Shown in pieces: positions 10,995-22,225 of a stretch of 64,000 nt of DNA (positions are counted from its first letter, which is position 1; each line of letters starts with the position of its first letter). The DNA is taken from positions 2,728,001 through 2,792,000 of the forward strand of contig CATNEN010000029.1 of assembly GCA_950097015.1 (NCBI GenBank), in the 5' to 3' direction. Position numbers and translations under genes: made by a program. The notes under the pieces are model-generated. The model was not told the DNA's origin and searched no databases. It saw only the letters and a program-made list of their open reading frames with translations. The stretch comes from Macrostomum hystrix. Taxonomy: Eukaryota; Animalia; Platyhelminthes.

Positions 10995-13152
10995 TTTATA
11001 GCTATGGTGAACAAACAAAAATCTGAAAAAAAGTTGTTTCACAATTCTAAAAAGCTTCAGTGCTTGGATATCCTAGCAATACAGTATTTATGTTTCTTGA
11101 TTAAACTAACATTGACCACTATGATTAGAAATATGAAATTGTCAATGTTGTTAGACATGTAGCACTTGATTTCAAAATTCTTACTAATTTTAATTTATAT
11201 TACTCGTACTTAATACTAATAGCAGTTAATTTCAATACAGCACACTAAATCTAAAACCAGTTTGTTTATTTAAAAACTACTACATTCGTAGTTATTAGAT
11301 ATACTAAAAAATGATTAGCGACACTGTTATAAACCTTTAACAGTAACAAAGCTAAGTTGGATAACTTTTTATACTTCAAATGTCACAGTCACAGAGCAAA
11401 AAGCAACTTCCTATTTAATAACATAAAAATCATATATATATATCAATAATATATTTATAATTATTTTTGCTCTTTGACATTTACAATGATTGTGCCAGAA
11501 CTACACAATAGTAAAAATCTAAATGCTTGTCCATTTCAGCTAGGCCCCTATGATATAGTAAAGTTGTTGATGTAACAAAAATAAACATAATAAAATTATA
11601 TCAGCGTAAAATTAAAAATAAAACATCACCATAACCGACTGTGCTTTGAATTATTAACACAAATGTTGAATAAACCATTTAAGGTCGAAGCAGCAATTTG
11701 TTTTAAAATCGTACCTGACTTCATAATTTAGAGTCAAAGTTTTAATCTTTCGAAGAAAATATCGAATTAAACTCGCACATTTTTTAATAGTAAAACAAGG
11801 CAGTATACATGCTTGGAAAGAAAACATGGAATGCTTTTTTAACAACATGATTCGTCTTGCGAATTGGTTTTTAATTTTACACTTGGTGTAAAATAATTAT
11901 TATAATGGTTGAATTTCGTAGAACAGCTCTCGAGCTGGCATGAGTTCTGAGTCTGACTACATAATTCGCCTTTTTGCTTTTATCATTAGGCTTACCATAC
12001 TTGTCTATCCATTGCCACGAATAGCGCGCTAGCAGCTACCAGTTATTTATGCATAGTTTCGCTGGCTAAATATGCTTTACTTTCATCAGCGGTTTTACAT
12101 ACATATTGTAGAACAGATTAATTATTATGCACTTTTAAGTTTGGTAATTGCTACTTAATAACTCTTCCCTACTTAGTTAAATAGATTAGGCCCTATTGCA
12201 ATTATTGCAATTATTACAAGTACTAATCTAAATATTTTAAGTAATATTACAAGTACAATATTCAATAGTAGAATAGCTAAGTATATGCCCTAGGCCTAGA
12301 ACTTGCTAGTACAATGCAAATTAAATGACAATTTTCTAGAGTTCCACTTTTAATTATTTTAATCATTTTTTTTAATACTAAGTCATAAGTAGTAAGATTT
12401 AAGTTAGTGTGCAGAGTACTACTAAGTATCAAGTAGGGGAAGCTGATTGTTATTATTTTTATTTCAATAGCTATTATTTGAGAGCCACATTGACTCATTG
12501 AGGAATACCTCTGGCATTGCCTCTGGCTCTACCCAGAGTCTAGTGAACAGCTTCGGGGCCATCCTCTACTGGATCACTGTTTATTACACCAGCAAATTAT
12601 CTTCTTTTGCTTTAATATAAATAAAAACAACAACCAACCTGACTTAATAATCAGCTTACTAAGTCTAATTATTAAACTTAATAAAAAAGTGTTTCCTCAG
12701 CAGTACAAAAGAAATCTCTCTTGTCTTGCCACTTGCAATAGGCAAACAATTTTCCCCAGAAAGCAACCAACTTGTGGTTAGTAAAGAACAGATGTTTCCT
12801 TTTTTGCAGTGAACAGTGTATATTTTTTAGTAGAGAATATTTTCTATATTGTTCAGACTACTAAATGTCCTGTCTAAGATATGTCTATCTGTCTAGTCTA
12901 TCTGTTATAAGGGTTTTATGAAAATGTGAAATATATCTTAGCTATTAAAATAGATCTAGCTACAACTATAGGATATCAAAATGTGTATATTTTGTTTAAT
13001 CTGTTACATAGTTTTTTTTTAATAATTTGATGCTAAGTGTTTTATCATGTCTAGAGTTAGTTAAAGTCTAATTCTGTTGTAATAAAAAAATGTCACCAAT
13101 TTAGCCTAAATCAAGTTTTGTACACATTAAATCAATTTTTAACAAATTATCA

Positions 13153-14154
13153 ATGCCAAGAATCTTTGCTTTGCAGCAGCAAGCCAGTCGTAGTCTATGT
13201 CCCATTTTGTTGCTGCCATCTGCAGCTGCCACTTACTGCAGACTCTGCTGCCAGAGTCAGCAATATCGCGGCCTGGTTCAGCAGCAACAGCAGCAGCAGC
13301 AGCCTAAACTAGAGCCAGTTCGATTCCGCTTGTCCAATGACCCAGTTAGGCTGTCGGTGCCGCAGCTGAAACTGTGGCGAATCATGATTTCTCAGATTGG
13401 TCACGATATCTGCTCATGCAACTATCCATTCACCGAGCTGTCCGAGTGCATTCGGCTGCTAGCTGAGCGCATCTCGTCCGGGCAGAGCCTGGCCACTGGC
13501 CTGCCGTTTCGCGTCGCCAATTACTGCAACGATGAGGCCATGCGCTTCGCCAGTCAGATGACGGCTAGCCAGCTGGCGCAGGTGGCCGCTAGTCGCGACC
13601 TGTTAATTAAACGAGGAAGAATCTATCTGAGCGCAGACAGAATGAATTACGAAGCGGTGGATGGTCCAGCTACTACTAAGGGTAGCTGCTATCGATTTGA
13701 ATATACCGATTTAGTGATTGGCTGCAGGTTGAGTCCACGCGCGCCCAAAGCCTATAGGAAGCGCCTTTGCCAGTGCCGAATACCAGAGAAGCGGCTCTGC
13801 CACCTGCGACCAGTGTGCGAGTTGGGCGAGCGCCTGCTCGCATGCGGCAATTGGACGCCGGCCAAACTGCGCGAAGCGCTTCATTCGCAGTCGACTGCTC
13901 AGAGAGATCATTCTACTGATGGCGTCCAGTTGAAGCAACAGATTCTTGACGATTTCATAGCTAATTCATTTATCTGGCTGTTGAATTGGACTGTCTGCCT
14001 ACCAGTCTGGCCTCTGAATGATCTGCCCCAGTTAGGTCGGCAGATCCGCCTAAGCCAAAGCGGCCTGGATTATCCGTCACGAGTTCGCGTTCTGTCCGGC
14101 CTCAACCTGCTGCTTGTGAAAGATTTCCTCAGTGGCGATGTGCGCTTCCGGTGA
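13153..14154 (+). CDS. Intronless 333-aa protein of unknown function; Arg/Ser/Ala-rich N-terminus (possible mitochondrial transit peptide) and a Q8 tract; possibly MAIP1/Tim44-like
   Basis: Long non-repetitive GC-rich ORF in an AT-rich context, with codon style like the neighbouring genes. The family assignment rests only on weak visual similarity. Confidence 0.75.
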   Translation: MPRIFALQQQASRSLCPILLLPSAAATYCRLCCQSQQYRGLVQQQQQQQQPKLEPVRFRLSNDPVRLSVPQLKLWRIMISQIGHDICSCNYPFTELSECIRLLAERISSGQSLATGLPFRVANYCNDEAMRFASQMTASQLAQVAASRDLLIKRGRIYLSADRMNYEAVDGPATTKGSCYRFEYTDLVIGCRLSPRAPKAYRKRLCQCRIPEKRLCHLRPVCELGERLLACGNWTPAKLREALHSQSTAQRDHSTDGVQLKQQILDDFIANSFIWLLNWTVCLPVWPLNDLPQLGRQIRLSQSGLDYPSRVRVLSGLNLLLVKDFLSGDVRFR

Positions 14155-14230
14155 AGTGCTGCTTCAATCTGGTCGCTTGTCTAGCTAGTTCACTGTGCTT
14201 GCGGATGCTGTCTTTCTGCGAACCGATATT

Positions 14231-17200
14231 CTGATAGTATTCTACCCACCCCAGTGAGAATATTGTACCCACCCCAGTGAGAATATTCTACCCACCCCAG
14301 TGAGAATATTCTACCCACCCCACTGATAATATTCTACCCACCCCACCGAGAATATTCTACCCACCCCACCGAGAATATTCTACCCACCCCACCGAGAATA
14401 TTCTACCCACCCCATTGAGAATATTCTACCCACCCACTGATAATATTCTACCACTCTACTGATAATATTCTACCCACCCCATTGAGAATATTCTACCCAC
14501 CCCACTGATAATATTCTACCCACCCCACCGAGAATATTCTACCCACCCCACCGAGAATATTCTACCCACCCCACCGAGAATATTCTACCCACCCGATTGA
14601 GAATATTCTACCCACCCACTGATAATTTTCTACCACTCTACTGATAATATTCTACCCACCCCACTGAGAATATTCTACCCACCCCACTGAGAATATCATA
14701 CCCACCCCATTGAGAATATTCTACCCACCCACTGATTATATTCTACCCACCCCACCGAGAATATTCTACCCACCCACTGAGAATATTCTACCCACCCCAC
14801 CGAGAATATTCTACCCACCCCATTGAGAATATTCTACCCACCCACTGATAATATTCTACCACTCTACTGATAATATTCTTCCCACCCCACTGAGAATATT
14901 CTACCCACCCCACTGAGAATATTCTACCCACCCCACTGAGAATATTCTACCCACCCACTGAGAATATTCTACCCACCCCACTGAGAATATTCTACCCACC
15001 CCACTGATAATATTCTTCCCACCCCACTGAGAATATTCTACCCACCCCACCGAGAATATTCTACCCACCCCACCGAGAATATTCTACCCACCCCACTGAG
15101 AATATTCTACCCACCCCACCGAGAATATTCTACCCACCCCACCGAGAATATTCTACCCACCCCACTGAGAATATTCTACCCACCCCATTGAGAATATTCT
15201 ACCCACCCCACTGATAATATTCTACCCACCCCACTGAGAATATTCTACCCACCCCATTGAGAATATTCTACCCACCCCACTGATAATATTCTACCCACCC
15301 CACCGAGAATATTCTACCCACCCCACCGAGAATATTCTACCCACCCACTGATAATATTCTACCACTCTACTGATAATATTCTACCCACCCCACAGAGAAT
15401 ATTCTACCCACCCCATTGAGAATATTCTACCCACCCACTGAGAATATTCTACCCACCCCACTGAGAATATTCTACCCACCCCATTGAGAATATTCTACCC
15501 ACCCCACTGAGAATATCATACCCACCCCATTGAGAATATTCTACCCACCCACTGATTATATTCTACCCACCCCACCGAGAATATTCTACCCACCCCACCG
15601 AGAATATTCTACCCACCCCACCGAGAATATTCTACCCACCCCATTGAGAATATTCTACCCACCCACTGATAATATTCTACCACTCTACTGATAATATTCT
15701 TCCCACCCCACTGAGAATATTCTACCCACCCCACTGAGAATATTCTACCCACCCCACTGAGAATATTCTACCCACCCACTGAGAATATTCTACCCACCCC
15801 ACTGAGAATATTCTACCCACCCCACTGATAATATTCTTCCCACCCCACTGAGAATATTCTACCCACCCCACCGAGAATATTCTACCCACCCCACCGAGAA
15901 TATTCTACCCACCCCACTGAGAATATTCTACCCACCCCACCGAGAATATTCTACCCACCCCACCGAGAATATTCTACCCACCCCACTGAGAATATTCTAC
16001 CCACCCCATTGAGAATATTCTACCCACCCCACTGATATTATTCTACCCACCCCACTGAGAATATTCTACCCACCCCATTGAGAATATTCTACCCACCCCA
16101 CTGATAATATTCTACCCACCCCACCGAGAATATTCTACCCACCCCACCGAGAATATTCTACCCACCCACTGATAATATTCTACCACTCTACTGATAATAT
16201 TCTACCCACCCCACAGAGAATATTCTACCCACCCCATTGAGAATATTCTACCCACCCACTGAGAATATTCTACCCACCCCACTGAGAATATTCTACCCAC
16301 CCCATTGAGAATATTCTACCCACCCCACTGATAATATTCTACCCACCCCACCGAGAATATTCTACCCACCCCACCGAGAATATTCTACCCACCCACTGAT
16401 AATATTCTACCACTCTATTGATAATATTCTACCCACCCCACAGAGAATATTCTACCCACCCCATTGAGAATATTCTACCCACCCACTGAGAATATTCTAC
16501 CCACCCCACTGAGAATATTCTACCCACCCCACTGAGAATATTCTACCCACCCCACTGAGAATATTCTACCCACCCCATTGAGAATATTCTACCCACCCAC
16601 TGATAATATTCTACCACTCTACTGATAATATTCTTCCCACCCCACTGAGAATATTCTACCCACCCCACTGAGAATATTCTACCCACCCCACTGAGAATAT
16701 TCTACCCACCCACTGAGAATATTCTACCCACCCCACTGAGAATATTCTACCCACCCCACTGATAATATTCTTCCCACCCCACTGAGAATATTCTACCCAC
16801 CCCACCGAGAATATTCTACCCACCCCACCGAGAATATTCTACCCACCCCACTGAGAATATTCTACCCACCCCACCGAGAATATTCTACCCACCCCACCGA
16901 GAATATTCTACCCACCCCACTGAGAATATTCTACCCACCCCATTGAGAATATTCTACCCACCCCACTGATATTATTCTACCCACCCCACTGAGAATATTC
17001 TACCCAACCCATTGAGAATATTCTACCCACCCCACTGATAATATTCTACCCACCCCACCGAGAATATTCTACCCACCCCACCGAGAATATTCTACCCACC
17101 CACTGATAATATTCTACCACTCTACTGATAATATTCTACCCACCCCACAGAGAATATTCTACCCACCCCATTGAGAATATTCTACCCACCCACTGAGAAT

Positions 17201-17618
17201 ATTCTACCCACCCCACTGAGAATATTCTACCCACCCCATTGAGAATATTCTACCCACCCCACTGATAATATTCTACCCACCCCACCGAGAATATTCTACC
17301 CACCCCACCGAGAATATTCTACCCACCCACTGATAATATTCTACCACTCTATTGATAATATTCTACCCACCCCACAGAGAATATTCTACCCACCCCATTG
17401 AGAATATTCTACCCACCCACTGAGAATATTCTACCCACCCCACTGAGAATATTCTACCCACCCCACTGAGAATATTCTACCCACCCCACTGAGAATATTC
17501 TACCCACCCCAGTGAGAATATTCTACTCACCCCACCGAGAATATTCTACCCACCCCACCGAGAATATTCTACCCACCCCACAGAGAATATTCTACCCACC
17601 CCACTGAGAATATTCTAC
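14231..17618. repeat. 23-bp satellite GAGAATATTCTACCCACCCCACT (~150 copies, with 22-bp variants)
   Basis: Direct reading; variant units such as ACCACTCTACTGATAAT recur in blocks. Confidence 0.98.
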
Positions 17619-17945
17619 ATTGCTGAGTCCGCAGAGCCTCGCGAATTAAGATTGATGGAAAGTGCTAGCAATTCACAAAAATTACGAGCATTTAGTAAAT
17701 TGTTTCTGTTTCACAAGAAAATAAATCAAGAGTCCAGTGTAGTGTATTCTGTAGTGTCCCAGTCTTTTCCAGAATAACTTTATTATTATAAATTTGCATT
17801 GTGTTCACCTGCTTGCTAGTTACGATAAGGTTTAATTCATACAAAATTTCTACTGTTTCACTCGTATAGTTTTTTCTTTGCCTTTACTGTAACATGGTTA
17901 CTTTAAAATCTTGGATGTCTACTAAGTTTAATTGCCTTGATTTAC

Positions 17946-18625
17946 GAATCTTCAAAGGCCACCGCCACTTCTTAGATTACTAGGCCTAGGCTAGTCTAAG
18001 CAAATCTTCAAAGGCCACCGCCACTATTTAGATAGACAGGCTAGTCTAAACTAATCTTCAAAGGCCACCGCCACTATTTAGATAGACAGGCTAGTCTAAG
18101 CGAATCTTCAAAGGCCACCGCCACTATTTAGATAGACAGGCTAGTCTAAACTAATCTTCAAAGGCCACCGCCACTATTTAGATAGACAGGCTAGTCTAAG
18201 CGAATCTTCAAAGGCCACCGCCACTATTTAGATAGACAGGCTAGTCTAAACGAATCTTCAAAGGCCACCGCCACTATTTAGATAGACAGGCTAGTCTAAG
18301 CGAATCTTCAAAGGCCACCGCCACATTTAGATAGACAGGCTAGTCTAAGCGAATCTTCAAAGGCCACCGCCACTATTTAGATAGACAGGCTAGTCTAAAC
18401 GAATCTTCAAAGGCCACCGGCACTATTTAGATAGACAGGCTAGTCTAAGCGAATCTTCAAAGGCCACCGCCACTATTTAGATAGACAGGCTAGTCTAACC
18501 GAATCTTCAAAGGTCACCGCCACTATTTAGATAGACAGGCTAGTCTAACCGAATCTTCAAAGGTCACCGCCACAATTTAAATAGACAGGCTAGTCTGAGC
18601 AAGTATGCAAAGGCCACCGCCAATA
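17946..18625. repeat. 50-bp minisatellite GAATCTTCAAAGGCCACCGCCACTATTTAGATAGACAGGCTAGTCTAAGC (~13 copies)
   Basis: Direct reading; it ends ~145 bp upstream of the SUCLG2 ATG. Confidence 0.96.
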
Positions 18626-18768
18626 ATTAGATTAACTGCCTTTAACTTAGCTCGATGGTAGAATTGATACCTATACTGATACTTAGTTATATTGATATCC
18701 AGTTTATCCAGCGCAATAAACATCAAAGGAATGCCGCAACCACGGTTTCAGCTAATCTCTAAACCGCC

Positions 18769-20641
18769 ATGCTGACGCGAAGCCTGCCATCCAGCCGACA
18801 GCCCGCAGCGGGACTGCTCCGCTGCTGCCGACGCTGGTTGAACCTTCAAGAATACCAGAGCAAGAAGCTCATGCAGGACTATGGTGTCAATGTACAGAGC
18901 TTTGTTGTCGCCGAGAACGCTCAGTCGGCCAAGAGTTTGACAAGCTCATTCCGGCCGACCGAGTACGTAATTAAAGCCCAGATTTTGGCTGGTGGCCGAG
19001 GCAAAGGCACTTTCGACACCGGCTTCAAGGGCGGCGTTCATCTGACCAAGGATCCGGCCAAGGTGTCCGGTCTGGTTGAGAGCATGCTGGGGCACCGACT
19101 GGTCACTAAGCAGACTGGCAAGGATGGCGTCCTGGTTTCCAAGGTAACGGGATCGGGAAACCGGTTTCGACTGTAATCGCTTGATGACCCACTGCCTCTC
19201 CGATGACCCACTGCCTCTCCCATGACCCACTGCCTCTCCGCTGACCCAATGACCCACTGCCTCTCCGATGACCTACTGCCTCCCTGATGACCCAGGCCTG
19301 ACCCACTGTCTCTTCGATGACCCAAGCCTGACCCACTGCCTCTCCGACGACCCACTGCCTCTCCCATGACCCACTGCCTCTCCGCTGACCCAAGCCTGAC
19401 CCACTGCCTCTCCGCTGACCCAAGCCTGACCCACTGTCTCTCCGATGACCCAAGCCTGACCCACTGCCTCCTTGATGACCCAAACTTGAACCCACTGCCT
19501 CTCAAATTAATCAAGGTTGACCACTTCATTTTTTCCTTGATCTTCTAAACCCATCAGGTGATGGTGGCGGAGGCGCTAGACATCAGCCGTGAGACTTACC
19601 TGGCCATCCTAATGGATCGCGAGTCAGGCGGCCCGGTTGTTGTCGGCAGTCCGCAGGGCGGCATGGACATCGAAGAGGTGGCCGCGAAAAGTCCGGATGC
19701 CATCTTCAAGGAGGTTGTGGACATTAACAAGGGTCTGACCAAGCAGCAGGCGGACCGCATGGCTGAACGGTTGGGCTTCTCTGGACCCAGGCTCTCCGAG
19801 GCATCTGACCAAATTTTGCGACTCTACAAACTGTTTGTCTCCGTTGACTGCACTCAGGTAGATTGGCCTGAATGGCAACCAGGTAGATTGCCATTTTTAG
19901 CACTTGTTACCCTAACCATTGCATCCCGCAATGCTAAAACTCTATACAGGTTGAGATCAATCCATTCGGTGAGACACCCGACGGTCGCGTTGTCTGCTTC
20001 GACGCCAAACTCAACTTTGACGACAACGCTAGTTTCCGTCAGAAGGCCGTCTTCGAACTAGACGACCACGCCGAATCGGATCCGCGCGAGGTTGACGCCG
20101 GCCAGCACAACCTGAACTACATCGGCATGGACGGCAACATTGGCTGCCTGGTGAATGGCGCCGGCTTGGCCATGGCCACGATGGACATTGTGCAGCTGTG
20201 CGGCGGCCGGCCAGCCAACTTCCTTGACGTTGGCGGCGGTGTCACTGAGAAGCAGGTCTATCACGCGTTTCGTATACTCACTTCGGATCAGCAGGTAAGA
20301 ATTGCAATTTTATAAATTAATTAATTCAGGCTTCGAATGAGTTCATTGCGTAGATCTGAAAATCACGTAATTCTCAAAAACACTTTTGCCTAAATCAGCA
20401 TTGAAACCAGGTGCGCTGCATCCTAGTAAACATATTTGGCGGCATTGTAAACTGTGCAACCATCGCCAAGGGCATCACCGAGGCGGCCAAGAAGATCAGC
20501 CTTCGCGTGCCCCTCGTTGTCCGCCTTGAAGGCACCAATGTTGAGGAGGCCAAGCGGCTGTTGGCAAATAGCGGATTGCCGATTCTGAGCGCCGAAAATC
20601 TGGAAGATGCCGCCAAGAAGGCTGTTTCAGCGCTGAAATAG
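18769..20641 (+). CDS. SUCLG2: Succinyl-CoA ligase [GDP-forming] subunit beta, mitochondrial; 4 exons, 416 aa
   Basis: Exons 18769-19143, 19558-19857, 19950-20294 and 20411-20641, all phase-0 GT-AG. Motifs: [71 protein letters not shown] is the GDP-type signature (the ADP type has GIMRCD). Confidence 0.96.
19183..19503. repeat. Degenerate GATGACCCACTGCCTCTCC minisatellite filling SUCLG2 intron 1
   Basis: Direct reading; units of about 19-31 bp. Confidence 0.93.
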
Positions 20642-21429
20642 ATAACCTGAGTTGGCGAGCTTTTGAGTTGATAATAAAAAAAGAATTGGATGCACGTAAT
20701 TTCTAAAGCTATATCCCGTTAAGCGAAAATGACGTCATCAAACAGTCGACTAAATATCAAACAGTTATGTACTGAAAAATCTATAGCTCCTTATTTTCTG
20801 AGTTTCAGTTGCAAAAATAACGCTTTAATATATCCTACTTTAAGTAGTATTGGCTGCAAGAATGTGTCCAGCCTATTTTTTGCCTTCTTTTCCTATTTAC
20901 GAACCCATCTTCTATTAAGTTTTTTTCTATTTCTCTATGTCGACATTTTAACATTACTCCGCTATGTCTGTTATCACAAGTATAATAATGGCCAATTAAA
21001 TTCAGAAATAATATTTTATTACAAGTCGAAACTGAGTAAGAGGCTAGTGGTTCGCTTCGACTAATATTCAGTCAAACTTCGACCTCCCGCCTGCCAGCTT
21101 GAAGGTCCATCGCGACATCCAACAGTCGTTTATGACCCTGTGAGAGTACTTTGAGATTACGAGTTAGAGTTAGATTTGCTCTATGCGCAGCAGTGTTAAA
21201 AAATAAACAATCCGAACGCTTTGCAAATTCGACGGAGCTTCTATAACTGTTTGAATTTTAAATATCGTCTCGGACTTTCCGTGTGCTTATTTATAGTTTC
21301 GAATAATTCCTGTTATGCTACTGTCGGGTGAATTTCAGCATGTAAAATATTTTATAATTCCTCTGTGCATGCCCTTTCGTCAAGAATGCTTCGTCAGGAA
21401 TTTAAAACATCTTTCGACGGAAATGCTTT

Positions 21430-22225
21430 ATCAGAAATATTAACATCCTTCGACAAGAGTAATTCGCCAGGAATCAGTAAAACATCCTTCGACAAGAGTA
21501 ATTCTTCAATAATCAGTAATCCTTCGACAAGAGTGATTCGCCAGGAATCAGCAAAACATCCTTCGACAAGAGTGATTCGTCAAGAATCAGTAAAACATCC
21601 TTCGACAAGTGTGATTCGTCCAAAATCAGCAAAACATCCTTTGACAAAAGTAATTCTTCAAGAATCATTATAACATCCTTCGACAAGAGTGATTCGTCAA
21701 GAACCAAAAATCATTAAAAAAACCTTCGACAATACTGATTCGTCAAGAACCAAAAATCATTAAAACAAACTTCGACAAGAGTAATTCATCAAAAATCAGT
21801 AAAACAAACTTCGACAAGAGTAATTCGTCAAAAATCAGTAAAACAAACTTCGACAAGAGTAATTCATCAAAAATCAGTAAACACAAACTTCGACAAGAGT
21901 AATTCATCAAAAATCAGTAAAACAAACTTCGACAAGAGTAATTCGTCAAAAATCAGTAAAACAAACTTCGACAAGAGTAATTCGTCAAAAATCAGTAAAC
22001 ACAAACTTCGACAAGAGTAATTCGTCAAAAATCAGTAAAACAAACTTCGACAAGAGTAATTCGTCAAAAATCAGTAAAACAAACTTCGACAAGAGTAATT
22101 CATCAAAAATCAGTAAACACAAACTTCGACAAGAGTATTTCGTCAAGAATCAGTAAACACAAACTTCGACAAGAGTAATTCGTCAAGAATCAGTAAAACA
22201 TCCCTCGACAAGAGTAATTCGCCAA
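21430..22225. repeat. 39-bp minisatellite AAACAAACTTCGACAAGAGTAATTCGTCAAAAATCAGTA
   Basis: Direct reading; homogeneous core with diverged edges. Confidence 0.94.
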
